Below, in pieces: positions 44,441-57,016 of a stretch of 64,000 nt of DNA. Source of the stretch: Octopus vulgaris. Its lineage: Eukaryota. A program made the translations under genes and the position numbers. The notes under the pieces are model-generated. The model saw only the letters and a program-made list of their open reading frames with translations, did no database searches and had not been told where the DNA came from. The stretch spans positions 54,188,001 through 54,252,000 of the forward strand of contig OX597832.1 of NCBI GenBank assembly GCA_951406725.2. Direction: 5' to 3'. Each line of letters begins with the position of its first letter. The stretch's first letter is position 1.

Positions 44441-45154
44441 TACGAAAGGGAAAACTGACATCGGTGACATCAGAGACGAGCACTTCCGGTACACAAGCGA
44501 TGGTAGTTGGAGCATGGAATGTCAACCGAAGACGGAGACGTTCAGTGCTGCTGTGTTAGCCATGTCAGGAAATCACTCAAAGATCCGGAAATAGAGGAAA
44601 TAGGTGGGATACAGAGAGGGGAAGAAGGAGGAGGAAAGAGAGAGTGAGAGTGAGGCTCTGTATCGGCAACAGTTATAATGAAATCCAAGAGAGTTTGTAG
44701 GAGTCAACCAGTATGTTTACCGATGATTATGAGAAAAATGTTGGCGTTTTTGAATACAAGTCCTTCGATGGAATGGTCGAATAATTGTTGGCGGAAGTGG
44801 AATTAAACGGAAAAAACGGAAATCCTTTGTATGATTATTTGCCTGGTTCATTTATCAGTCAGAATTTCTTCTTTGTAAATATATCTTATACTGCACCTGA
44901 CATTAAACGATTTGACCTGCACGTAACTCGGTTAAACATTAAATCACTCAAACTCCAGTCTATAAGAAAAGCCAGTCTTTATATAATTTATTAGCCTTTG
45001 TGGAGAATAAAAAAAATTAAGCGAACGAGAGCTACTCTAAGCTGGCATCTGTAGGCTAAGGAGTCATGATACTCCGGTGAGTAGGGTAGCTCCAGATCTG
45101 TGGCGTTCCTTGGTTGCCCCAGGGTGGCATTTTCCCTGTTTTGGGGGATTTCGT

Positions 45155-45367
45155 TTACTCTTTACTCTTTTACTCTTTTACTTGTTTCAGGCATTTGACT
45201 GCGGCCATAGTGGAGCACCGCCTTTAATCGAGTAAATCGACACCAAGACTTATTCTTTGTAAGCCTAATACTTATTCTATCGGTCTCTTTTTGCCGAACC
45301 GCTAAGTTACGGGGACGTAAACACACTACAAGCGATGTTGGGGGGACAAACACAGACTCACAAAACT

Positions 45368-45401
<34 letters not shown>

Positions 45402-45410
45402 TATATACGA
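45155..45410 (-). mobile_element. SINE family B 3' half
   Basis: Matches family B. Confidence 0.88.
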
Positions 45411-45417
45411 CGTTATC

Positions 45418-45495
<78 letters not shown>

Positions 45496-45687
45496 TTACA
45501 TAGTATACAAAATATGTTATCTCGTGTTTTGTACATTATGTATACTTTATCGCATTTCCATTCCTTTTTTCTCGTCTTTTATGTAAATCCTCACACAAAT
45601 TGTTGACTGCCCTCACGGTGTTCCCCTTATCCTTTCCCCAGTGACCAATAAAAAGTAACCACCACCACCACCACCACCACCACCACC

Positions 45688-45763
<76 letters not shown>

Positions 45764-45776
45764 CCATCATCATATA

Positions 45777-46873
45777 TATGTGGATTTTGCTTTGTGTTTA
45801 TACAAGTTAACTTTCAAGTTTGTTTTAAAAGTAGTTTGCTGATAAGACGATAGTGTGATCTTAGGATGACCGCAAAGGGTGTTTCCTAGTACCTACATTT
45901 AAAAGTACTTTTGATATGTTTACAAATCAAAATGCGTTTGGAGTAACATAGTATTTTTCGTAGGACAGAAGCGGTTTGCATGTGCACTATTTTAAAATTT
46001 CTTCCATTTTGGGATTTCCTGGAGTCTGAGACAGGTAACAGTCAACCTCCTTTGCTATCGTTCGTAGAGCACCAAGGACAACAGGTATTATTATTATATA
46101 AGGCGACAAGCTGGCAGAATCGTTAGCACGTCGGGCGAAATGCTTAGCGGTATTTCAGCTGCTGTAACGTTCTGAGTTCAAATTCCGCCGAGGTCAACTT
46201 TGCCCTTCATCCTTTCGGGGTCGATAAATTAAGCATGTAATCGACTTAATACCTATGTTTGTCCCCTCTATGCTTAGCCCCTTGTGGGTAATAAAGAAAT
46301 AGGTATTATTCTAGTCTTGAGTTTCCACATTTTGCCAATTTCTATTTCAAGCTCTTTATAATAATAATATTTTGGTAGGCCTTGACAGATACATTTATGT
46401 CAATTGGGACAGTTATATTGATGAGGAGGCATGATTTTTGTCTGAAATCCTTTAATATAACGTCTGGCATATTTGCATCTATCTTTCCGTCAGTTTTAAC
46501 GGCAAAGTTCCAGAGAAACGAGATATGATCAATTTCAAGCACTGAAAGTGGTTTGTAATCCCATAAAATTTTCTCATGGAGCAGCTCCTGATTATCGCTT
46601 GCAAATTACCCAGTGAATATACTGTGCCGCTCTATCATGTCTGTTGAGATACTCTGAGGGCGTTAGAAGGCTGCACGTGGAGACAATATGGTGGATAGTT
46701 TCAGTCTGTTGTTTATATACACGACATGCTGGGCTACTGCCATTCTTTAAGACGTTGGTTTGGTAGTTTCTTGTTGGTAGGCATTGACACTGGCTGCTAT
46801 GATAAACCCTTCTATCTCTGATTTTAAACCAGAAGACACTAGCCATTGATGAGTAAAGGCTTTGTCAACGTCA

Positions 46874-46874
<1 letters not shown>
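45777..46874 (-). mobile_element. Decayed R4/Dong-clade LINE 3' fragment with nested SINE A (46101-46300)
   Basis: CLPTRNYQTNVLK..CRVYKQQTETIHHIVSTC..RHDRAAQYIHWVICK and PDVILK..CLLINITVP are homologous to 47810-48838. Bounded by (CAT)n and (TTA)n. Confidence 0.9.
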
Positions 46875-46941
<67 letters not shown>

Positions 46942-47528
46942 AATAAAAAGAGACCATTATTGGTTCCACTAACAACGCTCTCTTTTATTCAATGAGTGTA
47001 GGAGTTTAGAAAAAAATAAGCGTATTCTTTCAATAGTATAGTGTATTTTCTAATACGGCCATCGGTTGATGTGTTAAGCAGACGACCAACGTTGTATCAT
47101 CATCGCCATCTTGTAAAGAATCGTCACAGAATAACTAACCTCAGTTTAGTATTTTCTATCCGTAGTAGTGAAATAGTACATGGCGTCCAATTTATAATAT
47201 TTTGAGATCAAATTCATGGTAGCTGTTTCTTTGTCTTTCTGTCTCTCTGAGAAATATACTGATGATACGGAAGGGTTTCGGCTATTGCGATGGATTCAGA
47301 CAAAGAGCTTGCAGTACCTCAGAATAGTTCCTGCAGTTTCTGCGTGAAGCAAAGCATTGGAAGGATTTTATTCTGACCATAGGCAATAATAGTTATTAGA
47401 TTTAGGAAAAGAGAAAAAACAATAATAATATCGATAAGCTGTAGTAAAATTAGTTAAACTCTTTCATCATCCACTTTCTGGGCTTACCTTCTCCCCACCA
47501 AATTCCAGGCCTTGTATCTATAATAGAA

Positions 47529-47586
<58 letters not shown>

Positions 47587-47809
47587 TATGTTTGACTTTT
47601 GCTTTATATTTGTACAAGTTGGCTCCAAGTCTCACCCAGAGACCTCAAGAGACAACAGGGTTGGAAGTTCATGTTGTTGTTATGCCTAGTGTGCCATATA
47701 TTTGGGGGTGGGGATGTTGTACTAATGAATGTCTAAAAAGAAAAAAAAAAGTTTTTTTTTTTTTTTTTTTTTTTTAAACCGAAAATTATGTTTGTTTTAA
47801 ACCTTGAGA

Positions 47810-48850
47810 TTACATAGAGAGTATTTTGCGTAGGATATGAGCAGTTCCCATGAGCACTATCTTTTGAACTTCTGCCATTTTTGGGTTTCCTGGTATCTGA
47901 GTTAGGTAGCTATCAGCCCCTTTTGCTATCATTCCCAGGGCACCTATGACAACAGGTATTGTTTTAGTCTTCAGCTTCCACATTTTGCTGATTTCTATTT
48001 CAAGATCTTTATATTTGCTCAGTTTTTGGTAGGTCTTGACAGATACGTTTATATCGATTGGGACAGTCATATCAATGAGGAGGCATGTTCTTTGTTTGAA
48101 GTTTTTCAATATGATGTCTGGCCTATTTGCATCTATCTTCCTGTCAGTTTGAATGGTGAAGTTCCAGAGGAGTGAGATGTGGTCATTTTCAAGCACTGGG
48201 GGTGGTTTGTGTTCCCACCAGTTTTTTTCATGGGGCAAATCCAGGTTTTTACAGATTACCCAGTGAATATATTGTGCAGCTCTATCGTGCCTGTTGAGAT
48301 ACTCTGTAGGCGCTAGAAGACTGCACTTGGAGACCACATGGTCAATGGTTTCATTTTGTTGCTTGCATACACGACACGTTGGACTGCTTCTGATCTTTAA
48401 TATGTTGGCCTGGTAGTTTCTTGTTGGTAGGCATTGATCTTGAGCTGCTATGATAAACCCCTCTGTTTCAGATTTTAAGCCAGAGGCCATTAGCCATTGA
48501 TGGGTCAGGGCTTTGTCGATATCTGCATTATTCGCTCTCTTTGGGTATTTGCCATAGAGAGGTTTTTCTTGCCATTTATTATTCAGAATATCTAAGGCCG
48601 CAGTTTTGGCACGGGTTTTCATGCGCCTAGCTTTTTCTGTGCTTGTTTCTTGTATATCTATCTCCGAAATTGGTTGTATTCGGAATTCACTTAGGTATTC
48701 CTTTGCCTGTTTTGTGACTGAGTATGATGCTTTCTTGTTTTCATGTTTTGAGACAAGTTTTAGCATCCAGTCCTCAGAGTTTTTCAGGTAGGTGTCTAGG
48801 CCAATTGTAGCAATCTTCATTGTTATTGCCAGTTGCAAAAGACCACGGCC
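47810..48850 (-). pseudogene. Zinc knuckle plus restriction-like endonuclease of the Dong-like element
   Basis: CRVC..ETIDHVVSKC, RHD, RPDII..LIDMTVP, KYKDL. Confidence 0.93.
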
Positions 48851-49230
48851 TCCTCTTTTCTTGGCAGATAGAGTCGTTCTGTATCTGCCTTAGGGTGGTG
48901 CATTCTATGCATTGTCAACAGTTTCCTTATTTTTCTGTCGAGCTGACATATTTCAGTAATTGACCAGTTAACAATATTGAAACTGTAAGTCACGACTGGT
49001 ATAGCTAATGCATTGATTGCTTCGATCCTGTTTCTTGCATTCAGCTCTGTCTTGAGTATTGCTCTCACTCTTCGATAGCATTCTCTCCTGATCCTTTCCT
49101 TCATCTCTGAATGCCTTATTCCGTTCCCTTCAATTATCCCTAGGTACTTGTAGCTCTCCGCTGGGTCTAGTTCTTTTATGACATTCTGTTGGTCAAGGTT
49201 AACGTTAGATGTTTCTGTCATTTTTTCCTT
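48823..49230 (-). pseudogene. RT thumb region of the Dong-like element (between two frameshifts)
   Basis: YKYLGI, AINALAIPVVTYSF, LDRKIRKLL, RLYLPRKE. Confidence 0.9.
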
Positions 49231-50300
49231 TGATAAAGGTAGCCTTTGCACATTTATCGAGGCCGAATTGCATTCTGATGTCGTCACTGAATTGTTTGAC
49301 TATCGCTAGTAAGCCCTTGAGTTGTTGATCATTTTTTGCAAAAAGCTTTAAATCATCCATGTAAACGAGATGATTTATATTTTTATCAAACATTTTATAC
49401 CCGTACTGCGCGTCATTGAGCAGCTTTGAGAGAGGTATTAAGGATAAACAAAAGAGGAGTGGTGACAGTGAGTCACCCTGGAAAATGCCACACGAAATTT
49501 TTACATCACCAGCATTTAGGAATTCACTGTCACTGTTCAGAGTTAGTGTGGTTCTCCATGATCTCATACTTACAGTCAAGAAGTTTCGCAGAGTTGGTGC
49601 TATCTTATACATTTCAAGGCATTTCCTAATCCAGCTATGTGGTAGGCTATCAAAAGCCTTTTTATAGTCTATCCAGGCTATTGATAAGTTTTTGTGTCGT
49701 TTGTGACAATCTTCTAAGATCATCTTATTGATGAGTAGTTGGTCTTTACAGCCGTAGGATCCACGTTTACATCCTTTCTGTTCGTTAGGGAATATGCTGC
49801 TGTCTGTTAAAAAACTATAGGTATATTCCGTCAGGACAGATGTTAGTGTTTTGTACATAGTTGTTAAGCAAGTTATGGGTCTATAGTTTTTTGGTTCATT
49901 TGTTTCTTCACTTTTTGGAAGCAGGAATGTTAACCCATTAACTAGCCAAGGAGGCATCCTACTAGGGTGTTGCAAAACATCATTGTACAGTTCTGTTAGC
50001 AGTTCATGGCTCTCTGGGAAGGCATTCAGCCAGAAGTTAGGAATTTTATCCTTTCCTGGAGACTTCCATTTGCTTGACCTCCTGAGAGCAGATCTTATAT
50101 CTTCTACCTTGACACCCTCCCACTTTTGCTCTTCTAAGGGGTCCAGTTCTGTAGATATTCTGTCAATCCAGGGGGCCTTTTCGTTGTGTGTTTTTTCTTC
50201 TGCCCAGATTTTATTCCAAAATCTCTGCACTTCTTCTTTTGATGGTACAGACCCTGCAGTAAACGCTGTTTTTCCTATCTTCCTGTAAAAATTCTTGGTG
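49205..50300 (-). pseudogene. Reverse transcriptase domain of the Dong-like element
   Basis: KSPGKDKI, NYRPITCL, EQKG, IDYKKAFDS, GIFQGDSLSPLLFC, YMDDLKL, FGLDKC. The N-terminus of the track ORF is microsatellite read-through. Confidence 0.93.
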
Positions 50301-50315
50301 TTATTAGTGTTATTA

Positions 50316-50413
<98 letters not shown>

Positions 50414-51007
50414 GAGTGAGAGAGCAGCGCATGCCATCAAAGTGACACTGGGGTAAAATATATGAAGCCCAGTATACCCTTCATGACTACCCGTCTGATA
50501 AGGGTACACTAGGCACATGCATCACAACCATATGTGTACGACATGGTGATCTCATATCAAGGTTAACAATACATGACCTTGCAGGTAGGGCCCAGTTAGA
50601 ATTTTCTTCTGGTCGAGTAACATATCCCCCTCAAAAGGTCCCTGAATAAGGGCTGTTTAAGGATGTTGAACGAAACACCCATGTTTCCAGAGGTGAATTA
50701 TTCAAACCCAAAAGACTCCCTCTCGACACATGGCTATGATGCTCCCCCACTATTTCTGCTTGTGATCAGAGATGCACATATCGTCAGCCACTAAGGAACA
50801 TGCTCAACTGGTAAAGGTCAAACAACTGACAAGCAAATCTGTGGTATTGAGCAGAATATTTGCTGTAGCCCATCTTTTATACCAAGACAAAACAATGTAC
50901 ATGATAACACTTCCAATCAGTTAAGATCAGAAGCCACGAGAGCCACTGCCTGGTACTGCATCAGGGCGTTTAGGTACTGAATCAGGGCATTGGTACTGCA
51001 TCAGGGC

Positions 51008-51011
<4 letters not shown>
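50414..51011 (-). mobile_element. ~550-bp (TAA)n-associated element, copy 2, with triplicated terminus
   Basis: Colinear with copies 1 and 3; TTA runs on both sides. Confidence 0.88.
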
Positions 51012-51070
<59 letters not shown>

Positions 51071-51080
51071 TGTTATTATA

Positions 51081-51290
51081 AGGCAGAATCGTTAGCACGC
51101 TAGGCAAAATTATTGGACGGCATTTCTTCCGTCTTGACGTTCTGAGTTCAAATTCTGCTGAGGTCGACTTTGCCTTTCATCCTTTCGGGAGGTCAATAAA
51201 TTAAGTACCAGTGAAACACTGGGGGGGTCGAGTAATCGACTAGTCCCCCTCCGCCAAATTCCAGGCCTTGTGCTTATAGTAGAAAGAATT
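51081..51290 (+). mobile_element. SINE family A (tail2)
   Basis: Head, core and tail2. Confidence 0.85.
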
Positions 51291-51299
51291 ATTATAATT

Positions 51300-51607
51300 T
51301 TCATTTGGCTCAGGTTCGATTTTTTATCCCTGGTAGGAATTATGTGGATCATAAGTTATTACCTGTAACCTTAGGTGTCCACAAGTTTTCAGCAATCTTT
51401 CAAGTGCTTAGAATGCTCCTGATAATCCTTACTGTCCCTAAGAGACAAACTTTCTGTAGGAGCTCTACCAGGCATTCTATTTCAATCTCCTTCAGCCATT
51501 TATCTATATCATTGTTTACTGTTCCTAACAAACCAATTATTATAGGCATGACCTTTATAGCTCGCATACTCCGAATTCTTCCTATTTCAAACTTTAAGGG
51601 ATTGTAT
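51300..51607 (-). mobile_element. 3' fragment of a divergent R4/Dong-like family
   Basis: EYNPLKFEIGRIRSMRAIKVMPIIIGLLGTV...LQKVCLLGTVRIIRSILST*, which aligns with the C-terminus of 47810-48838. Confidence 0.8.
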
Positions 51608-51756
51608 TCTTCTTCTTCTTCTTCTTCTTCTTCTTCTTCTTCTTCTTCTTCTTCTTCTTCTTCTTCTTCTTCTTCTTCTTCTTCTTCTTCTTCTTCTCTT
51701 TCTCCTCCTCCCCCTTCTTTTTCTTCTTCTTCTTCTTCTTCTTCTTCTTCTTCTTC

Positions 51757-51801
<45 letters not shown>

Positions 51802-51847
51802 GTCATCATCATCTTCTTCTTCTTCTTCTTCTTCTTCTTCTTCTTCA

Positions 51848-51887
<40 letters not shown>

Positions 51888-52445
51888 GAGTGAGAGAGCA
51901 GTGCATGCCATCAAAGTGACACTGGGGTAAAATATACGAAGCCCAGTACACCCGTCATAACAACCCGACTGATAAGCGTAACACCAGGCTCATGTATCAC
52001 AACCATATGTGTGCGACATAGTGATCTTATATCAAGATAAACAGGTGCATGACCTTGCAAGTGGGACTCAATTAAATTTTTCTACAAGTCGAGTAAACCA
52101 CTCCGTTCAAAAGGTCCCTGAATAAGGATTGTTTAAGGATGTTGAACGAAGCACCTATGCTTCCAAAGGTGAATTATCCAAACCTCTAAGAATTCCTTTC
52201 AACACACGGCTATGATACTCCCCACTACTTCTGCTCGTGAGCAGAGATGCACATATCGTCAGCCCCTAAGGGACATGCTCAACTGGTTAAGGTCAAACAA
52301 CTGACAAGCAAATCTGTGGTATTGAGTAGAATATTTGCTGCAGCCCATATTTTATACCAAGACAAAACAATGTACATGATAACACTAAAATCGGTTAAGA
52401 TCAGAAGCCACGGGAGCCACTGTCTGGTACTGCATTAGGGCATTT
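51888..52445 (-). mobile_element. ~550-bp (TAA)n-associated element, copy 3
   Basis: Colinear with copies 1 and 2; TTA runs on both sides. Confidence 0.88.
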
Positions 52446-52479
52446 ATCATTATTATTATTATTATTATTGTTGTTGTTA

Positions 52480-52550
<71 letters not shown>

Positions 52551-53734
52551 GATCAATTGGATGGACTTCGTGTGAAGTTTGACTAATTGTTAGGTTAATC
52601 AATCAATTAGGTTTGTCAAAGTCCTTTCGTTGCCATTTGCAACATCACCAGTAACATGCCCTCTCTACACCACGCCTGCTTCAGTATTGAAATGTTAGCA
52701 CATAAAATACTTTGAACTGTTGTCAATGAAGACATACTGAACTATTTTAAGTATATGGAACTACTATGAAGTATTTTACTGTTATCATATAAAATATAAT
52801 AAACTGCAACCATACGAAAAATACTCGACTATTACATAAATATATTATGAAGGTGATGTACCAGTATGGCTACAGTCCAATGATTGGAATCAATTGAAAA
52901 CCAGCTCAAGGCGGCCGTATTTTACGAGGGAACGCAGATGGAACCCTTCCGCAAGCGAAGACTGACTCTATCGTCGCTGTCACATTCAGGCGAAGCGTAC
53001 AGGCTGAGGGGTGAAACGCTTGTGGCCCTGAAATCACTGAGATAGCTGCTGATGATACAAAAGGATTTCTGACATTGCGACCGCTTCAGAAGGAGAGCTT
53101 GGAATACTTCTGAGGGCAAAGCATATTCGATGTTTATTTCATCTCACTAATTGACTTATTATTATGTATTATGAAAATCTAATGCAATGTTATGATGTGT
53201 AGCGGCGTGTCTTATTGTGGCCATCATCACTGATGAAGACCGAGACCATGAACACTACAACGTCACCCCTTGAAACTATCTCCACCCAATCAGTGATCGA
53301 TTGTTTAACGATCTGTTTGCAGGTTTTTTACACACACACAAACACGCAAAAAAAAAACAACAACAAAAAAACTCCGAAAAACTGGCTCACTTGAATTTTG
53401 AATCTCCACCAATCACAAGACCGAGTCGACGCTTACGTAGTTGTTATCACTTATTTCAACCAATCAGAGTAGCTCCTTTTAGCGCGCTAGCGAAAATTCT
53501 ATTTCCAGTCCTTTCATTTGATAAAATACCTACTCTTTAACGGACAGTGTCACAATGAGGCACGATTTTGTGCCATAATCAGATGACATTCTCTTACGTA
53601 TTCTCAAAAACTAACAGAAGAAGGTTTTGTCGCAGCTACACGATTTCAAGGACGTTGAAAGACAACTTGTTCCCGCCGTGAAAAACTGCAAAAGAACACC
53701 TTTTCACATGTTCCACATGTACATGTTGTAAACA

Positions 53735-54395
53735 AAGCTGTCTGGTTAAGAAGCTCGCTTTGCAACCGCGTAGTTTCGGGTTCAATATCGCTACGTGGCA
53801 CTTTGGGCAAGTGTCTTCTGATATGGCCTCGGCCGAACAAAAGCCTTGTGAGTGTGAGTGGATTTAGATGATGTAAGCTGAAAGAAGCCTGTTGTATATG
53901 TATGTATGTGTGTGAGTGTGCGCGCGCATGTATTTTTTATGTTGTGTTTGTCTTTTACCACAGCTTGACAACCGGTATTGGTTTGTTTAAGGCGGTGAGC
54001 TGGCAGAGACGTTAGCACGCCGGGCGAAATGCTTAGCGGTATTTCGTCTGCCGTTACGTTCTGAGTTCAAATTCCGCCGAGGTCGACTTTGCCTTTCATC
54101 CTTTCGGGGTCGATTAATTAAGTACCAATTACGCACTGGGGTCGATATAATCAACTTAATCCATTTGTCTGTCCTTGTTTGTCCTCTCTGTGTTTAGCCC
54201 TTTGTGGGTAGTAAAGAAATAGGTATTGGTTTGTTTACGTCCCCGTAACTTAGTGGTTCGGTCAAAAACGACTGATAGAATAAATACCAGGCTTTAAAAA
54301 CAGAAATAGTCCTGAGGTGGGTTTGTTTGACTAAACCCTTCAAAGCGGTGGCCCAGCATGGCCACAGTCCAATGACCGAAGCAAGTACAAGAAAA
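53735..54395 (+). mobile_element. Older SINE B with full SINE A (53991-54220) inserted
   Basis: TSD ggtattggtttgttta flanks the SINE A copy. Confidence 0.9.
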
Positions 54396-54635
54396 ACGAT
54401 AAAAAATTAGTCTAAAAGCCTCTCATTGATTCCAGAGGTTTTTTTTTGTGTGACCTCAACCATTTCGTAGAGCGTGCTATTTCTGTGAAATATGGTTTTG
54501 ATGGTGGAACAGTAAAATTGTTAGAACGAAGGGTTAAATCCTTAGTGATTTTTCGGATCCCAATGATTTGATTTCAGTTCCGACCGGTGCTAACTTAGTC
54601 GTTCATCTTTCAGGTCCTAAGCTCACTTTAATAGT

Positions 54636-55035
54636 CTTTTCTACTCTAGACACAAGGCCCGAAATTTTTGGGGAATGGGGTGGCAGTCGATTAGATCGAT
54701 CCCAGTACGCAACTGGTACTTAATTTATCGACCCCGAAAGGATGAAAGGCAAAATCCACCTCGGAGGAATTTGAACTCAGAACGTAGCGGCAGACGAAAT
54801 ACCTATTTCTTTACTACCCACAAGGGGCTAAACACAGAGAGGACAAACAAGGACAGACAAAGGGATTAAGTCGATTACATTGACCCCAGTGCGTAACTGG
54901 TACTTATTTAATCGACCCCGAAAGGATGAAAGGCAAAGTCGACCTCGGCGGAATTTGAACTCAGAACGTAGTGACAGATGAAATACCGCTAAGCATTTCG
55001 CCCGGCGTGCTAACGTTTCTACCAGCTCGCCGCCT
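54636..55035 (-). mobile_element. SINE family A dimer
   Basis: Junction aagaaata|ggtatttcgtctgcc on the minus strand at about 54803. Confidence 0.9.
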
Positions 55036-55575
55036 TTAATATTACTAAAGTACCTGTTAAGTACTGGAGTTGATCTAATATTCCTAAAGTATCAGCCAAA
55101 TATTTGGGTTAGTTAAAGTACATCAAATTCTGGAGTCAAATTAACATTATTAATTGTACCCGCCTAGTACTGGAATTAAAATGCCTAGCGGTATTTCGTC
55201 AGCCGTTACGTTCTGAGTTCAAATTCCGCCGATGTGGACTTTGCCTTCCATGCTTTCGGGTCGATAAATTAAGTATCAGTTGCGTACTGGTGTCGATCTA
55301 ATCGACTGGCCCTCTCCCCGCCAGAAATTTCGGGCCTTGTGCCTTGAGTAGAAAAGAATATTATTAATTGCACCCACCGAGTACTGGAGTCAATTGGGTA
55401 TTTCTAAAGTACCAACAAAGTACTGAAGTCAATTAAAGGTTAATTAAGGTGACGAGTTGTCAGAATCATTAACAAACGAGGCAAAATGCTTCGCGGCATT
55501 TCGTCCGTCTTTACGTTCTGAGTTCAATTTCCACCGAGGTCGACTTTACCTTTCATCCTTTCGGGGTCGATAAAA

Positions 55576-55992
55576 GGATCTTTTCGGTTTGAACGGGAGT
55601 TTTTTCTAGCGGTGTCATATGAAATTGTCACCCATAATTATGACCTTAGTATCGATCTATTGCATTTCAATCTGTTTTAGGGTTAGGGTTTGGGGTGGGG
55701 GGAAGGGTATCTTTTTTTCTTCACAAATATAAATAAACCCAATCTGTTTCTTAAACGAGGGACATATTCATACGGTACAGAATGTTCTTTTACCTCAATA
55801 GACGTCAGTGATTGGTTGAAATTGCAGATATTGAAGAAAAAAACAACAAATTTCTTACAAACTATAGAATTTTCTCAATAAAGCCAAGAGAAAAAGATGT
55901 TTTATAAACACATTCTACCAGTATACGAAGTTTAAAATGTTTTAGTTACCTAGAAATTATGTTAAAAACTGCCGTTCAAACCGAAAAGATCC
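55576..55992. mobile_element. 417-bp MITE with 28-bp TIRs, inside a SINE A copy (55447-56160)
   Basis: TIR ggatcttttcggtttgaacgggagtttt / aaaactgccgttcaaaccgaaaagatcc (1 mismatch). GG..CC termini suggest Merlin or MULE (inference). Confidence 0.85.
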
Positions 55993-56185
55993 CGTCCGTC
56001 TTTACGTTCTGAGTTCAATTTCCGCCGAGGTCGACTTCACCTTTCATCCTTTCGGGGTCGATAAAATAAGAACCATTTGAGCAGTGGTGGTGGGTGAGTG
56101 GGTCGATGTAATCGACCTATCCCCATCCGCCGAATTTACTGGCTTTGTACCAAAATTTGAAGCTTAATATTATTCGTATAGAGTA

Positions 56186-56569
56186 CTAGCAGTATCGCCC
56201 GGCGTTGCTCAGGTTTGTAAGGGAAATAACTATAAAGCATTTTTAGAGAGTTATAGCCAAAAAATAGCAAAAAGATGGAAAAAAATGATGGTAATTTTTT
56301 TTTTAGTTAAAAAAGGTGGAGTTGCGTCCCCTAGACAGTTTGCGGTTTGTGTTTCTGATTCTCGACCCCATGTCGAATTTATCGATTTTTTTCAGAACTG
56401 GGGGAACTTTTCAAAATTTTAGCTGCGTTAGTTTTGAATTATGACATTGGGCTATGTGTGTGTCAAGTTTCATCAGAATCGGTTGAAAGCCGTGGTCAGG
56501 GTGAGGGTACAAGAAAACAGACACACAGAAATACGCACAGACAAACTGCCGTTTATATATAGAGAGAGA
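56186..56569 (-). mobile_element. Non-autonomous Helitron
   Basis: Minus strand begins TC and ends CTAG, with subterminal hairpin cctgagcaacgccggg. Inserted between A and T with no TSD. Confidence 0.85.
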
Positions 56570-56774
56570 TGATAGACGTGAATGGAATTACAACAGAAAA
56601 CTCAAGACACTTAGTAAACTACTTGAGATGCAACAACATGTTTGAGAGAAAGACGCAACACGTAATGGCTCGATATTTAGATGTTGTTATACAGCCTGTT
56701 AAACATTCCTGCTCCTGTTCTCTCTCTTCTTACCTTTTTGTTTTTTTATTTTCAAACTTTAAAATGCAACTATT

Positions 56775-56958
56775 TATTCTTTTACTTGTTTCAGTCATTT
56801 GACTGCGGCCATGCTGGAGCACCGCCTTTAATCGAGCAACTCGACCCCGGGACTTATTCTTTTGTAAGCCCAGTACTTATTCTATCGGTCTCTTTTGCCG
56901 AACCGCTAAGTGACGGGGACACACAGAGGGGACACACACAGACACACAAACATAGACA

Positions 56959-57016
<58 letters not shown>

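Larger units (their letters stand above)
47586..50305 (-). mobile_element. R4/Dong-clade non-LTR retrotransposon, 5'-truncated, inserted in (TAA)n
   Basis: RT plus CCHC plus restriction-like endonuclease across three frames; 3'UTR 47586-47809; TTA runs on both sides. Confidence 0.93.

Noticed and set aside
50300-50518. N-terminal extension of the 437-aa RT ORF
   Set aside because: Chance read-through from the 550-bp element across (AAT)n.
52900-53130. GC-richer stretch as a possible exon
   Set aside because: The frames examined are short with no recognisable motif.
55676-55688. Telomeric repeat
   Set aside because: Only two TTAGGG units, internal to a MITE.
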